Assembly (NCBI GenBank): GCA_964519455.1
Contig: CAZFIU010000022.1
Span: 461-64,460, forward strand
Direction: 5' to 3'
DNA length: 64,000 nucleotides
Source: an uncultured Syntrophobacterales bacterium
GTDB taxonomy: Bacteria > Desulfobacterota > Binatia > UBA9968 > JAJDTQ01
Below, one piece after another: positions 63,272 through 64,000 of the stretch. Position 1 is the first letter of the stretch; each line of letters begins with the position of its first letter. The translations under genes and the position numbers were made by a program. The notes under the pieces are model-generated. The model worked only from the letters and a program-made list of their open reading frames with translations, searched no databases and was not told where the DNA came from.

Positions 63272-64000
63272 ATGAGCTACGAAACGGTCATCGGCCTGGA
63301 GGTACACGCGCAAATCCTCACGGAATCGAAGATTTTCTGTGGCTGTTCCACGCGCTTCGGCGAGGCGCCGAACCGGAACACCTGCCCGGTGTGCATGGGC
63401 TTTCCGGGGGTGCTGCCAGTGCTGAACCGGAAGGTGGTGGAGCACACGATCCGCACCGGGCTGGCAACCCACTGCGCCATTGCCCGGCACAGCCGCTGGG
63501 CGCGCAAGAACTACTTCTACCCGGACCTGCCCAAGGGCTACCAGATCAGCCAGTACGAGCTGCCGCTGTGCACGGGGGGCCACGTGGACGTGAGCGTGGA
63601 CGGCGCGGCGAAGCGGGTGCGGCTGACGCGCATCCACATGGAGGAGGACGCCGGCAAGAACATCCACGACGCGCGCGGCGACCACAGCCTGGTGGACCTC
63701 AACCGCGCGGGCGTGCCGCTCATGGAGATCGTGAGCGAGCCCGACATGCGCGACCCGGGCGAGGCCGGCGAGTACCTGAGGACTTTGCGCTCGATCCTGG
63801 AGTACCTCGAGGTGTGCGACGGCAACATGGAGGAAGGGAGCTTCCGCTGCGACGCCAACGTGTCGCTGCGGGAGGCGGGGGACGCCGAACTGGGCGTCAA
63901 GGTGGAGATCAAGAACCTCAACTCCTTCAAGGCGGTGGAGAAGGCGCTGGAATACGAGATCCGGCGCCAGGGGCAGGCGCTTTCAGAGGGGGACGCGGTG
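63272..64000 (+). CDS. gatB: Asp-tRNA(Asn)/Glu-tRNA(Gln) amidotransferase subunit B (5' part; runs off the window end)
   Basis: Hand translation from the ATG at 63272 gives [52 protein letters not shown]..., the canonical GatB N-terminus. It is not in the ORF track because no stop falls within the window. Confidence 0.9.
   Translation, partial: MSYETVIGLEVHAQILTESKIFCGCSTRFGEAPNRNTCPVCMGFPGVLPVLNRKVVEHTIRTGLATHCAIARHSRWARKNYFYPDLPKGYQISQYELPLCTGGHVDVSVDGAAKRVRLTRIHMEEDAGKNIHDARGDHSLVDLNRAGVPLMEIVSEPDMRDPGEAGEYLRTLRSILEYLEVCDGNMEEGSFRCDANVSLREAGDAELGVKVEIKNLNSFKAVEKALEYEIRRQGQALSEGDAV

Overview
The window is 64 kb of a high-GC bacterial chromosome (roughly two-thirds G+C by eye) that is densely coding on both strands. 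Most genes are metabolic: two luciferase-like (LLM) oxidoreductases, a UbiD-family decarboxylase, an amidohydrolase-2, an intradiol dioxygenase, a VOC-family protein, two paralogous cupins, a carbon-nitrogen hydrolase, an ornithine cyclodeaminase, a MOP-type fused 2Fe-2S/molybdopterin oxidoreductase and an orphan Mo-hydroxylase large subunit. Transport genes include a peptide-type ABC cassette that has decayed, a Liv-type ABC operon, two MFS transporters with an HlyD partner, and an autotransporter. Housekeeping genes are serS, rnhB, yraN and gatC-gatA...gatB. There are two type II toxin-antitoxin pairs (HigBA, MazEF) and an ECF sigma/anti-sigma operon feeding a VIT/VWA lipoprotein. Three things stand out. 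First, a family of about ten MITE/REP-like palindromic elements sits in nearly every intergenic gap. Second, a roughly 5-kb lower-GC island carries a same-strand cluster of a tandem classic-AAA ATPase, an unknown protein, a WYL-domain regulator and a GIY-YIG nuclease next to an Rpn-family nuclease; this is a candidate for an undescribed defence or stress module. Third, there are signs of gene decay: a 5'-truncated substrate-binding protein, missing ABC ATPase genes and an alpha/beta-hydrolase remnant. No rRNA or CRISPR array and no convincing tRNA was found. Many long ORFs in the supplied track are antisense artefacts of high GC and were not called. All coordinates are taken from the ORF track where possible; repeat boundaries are approximate.
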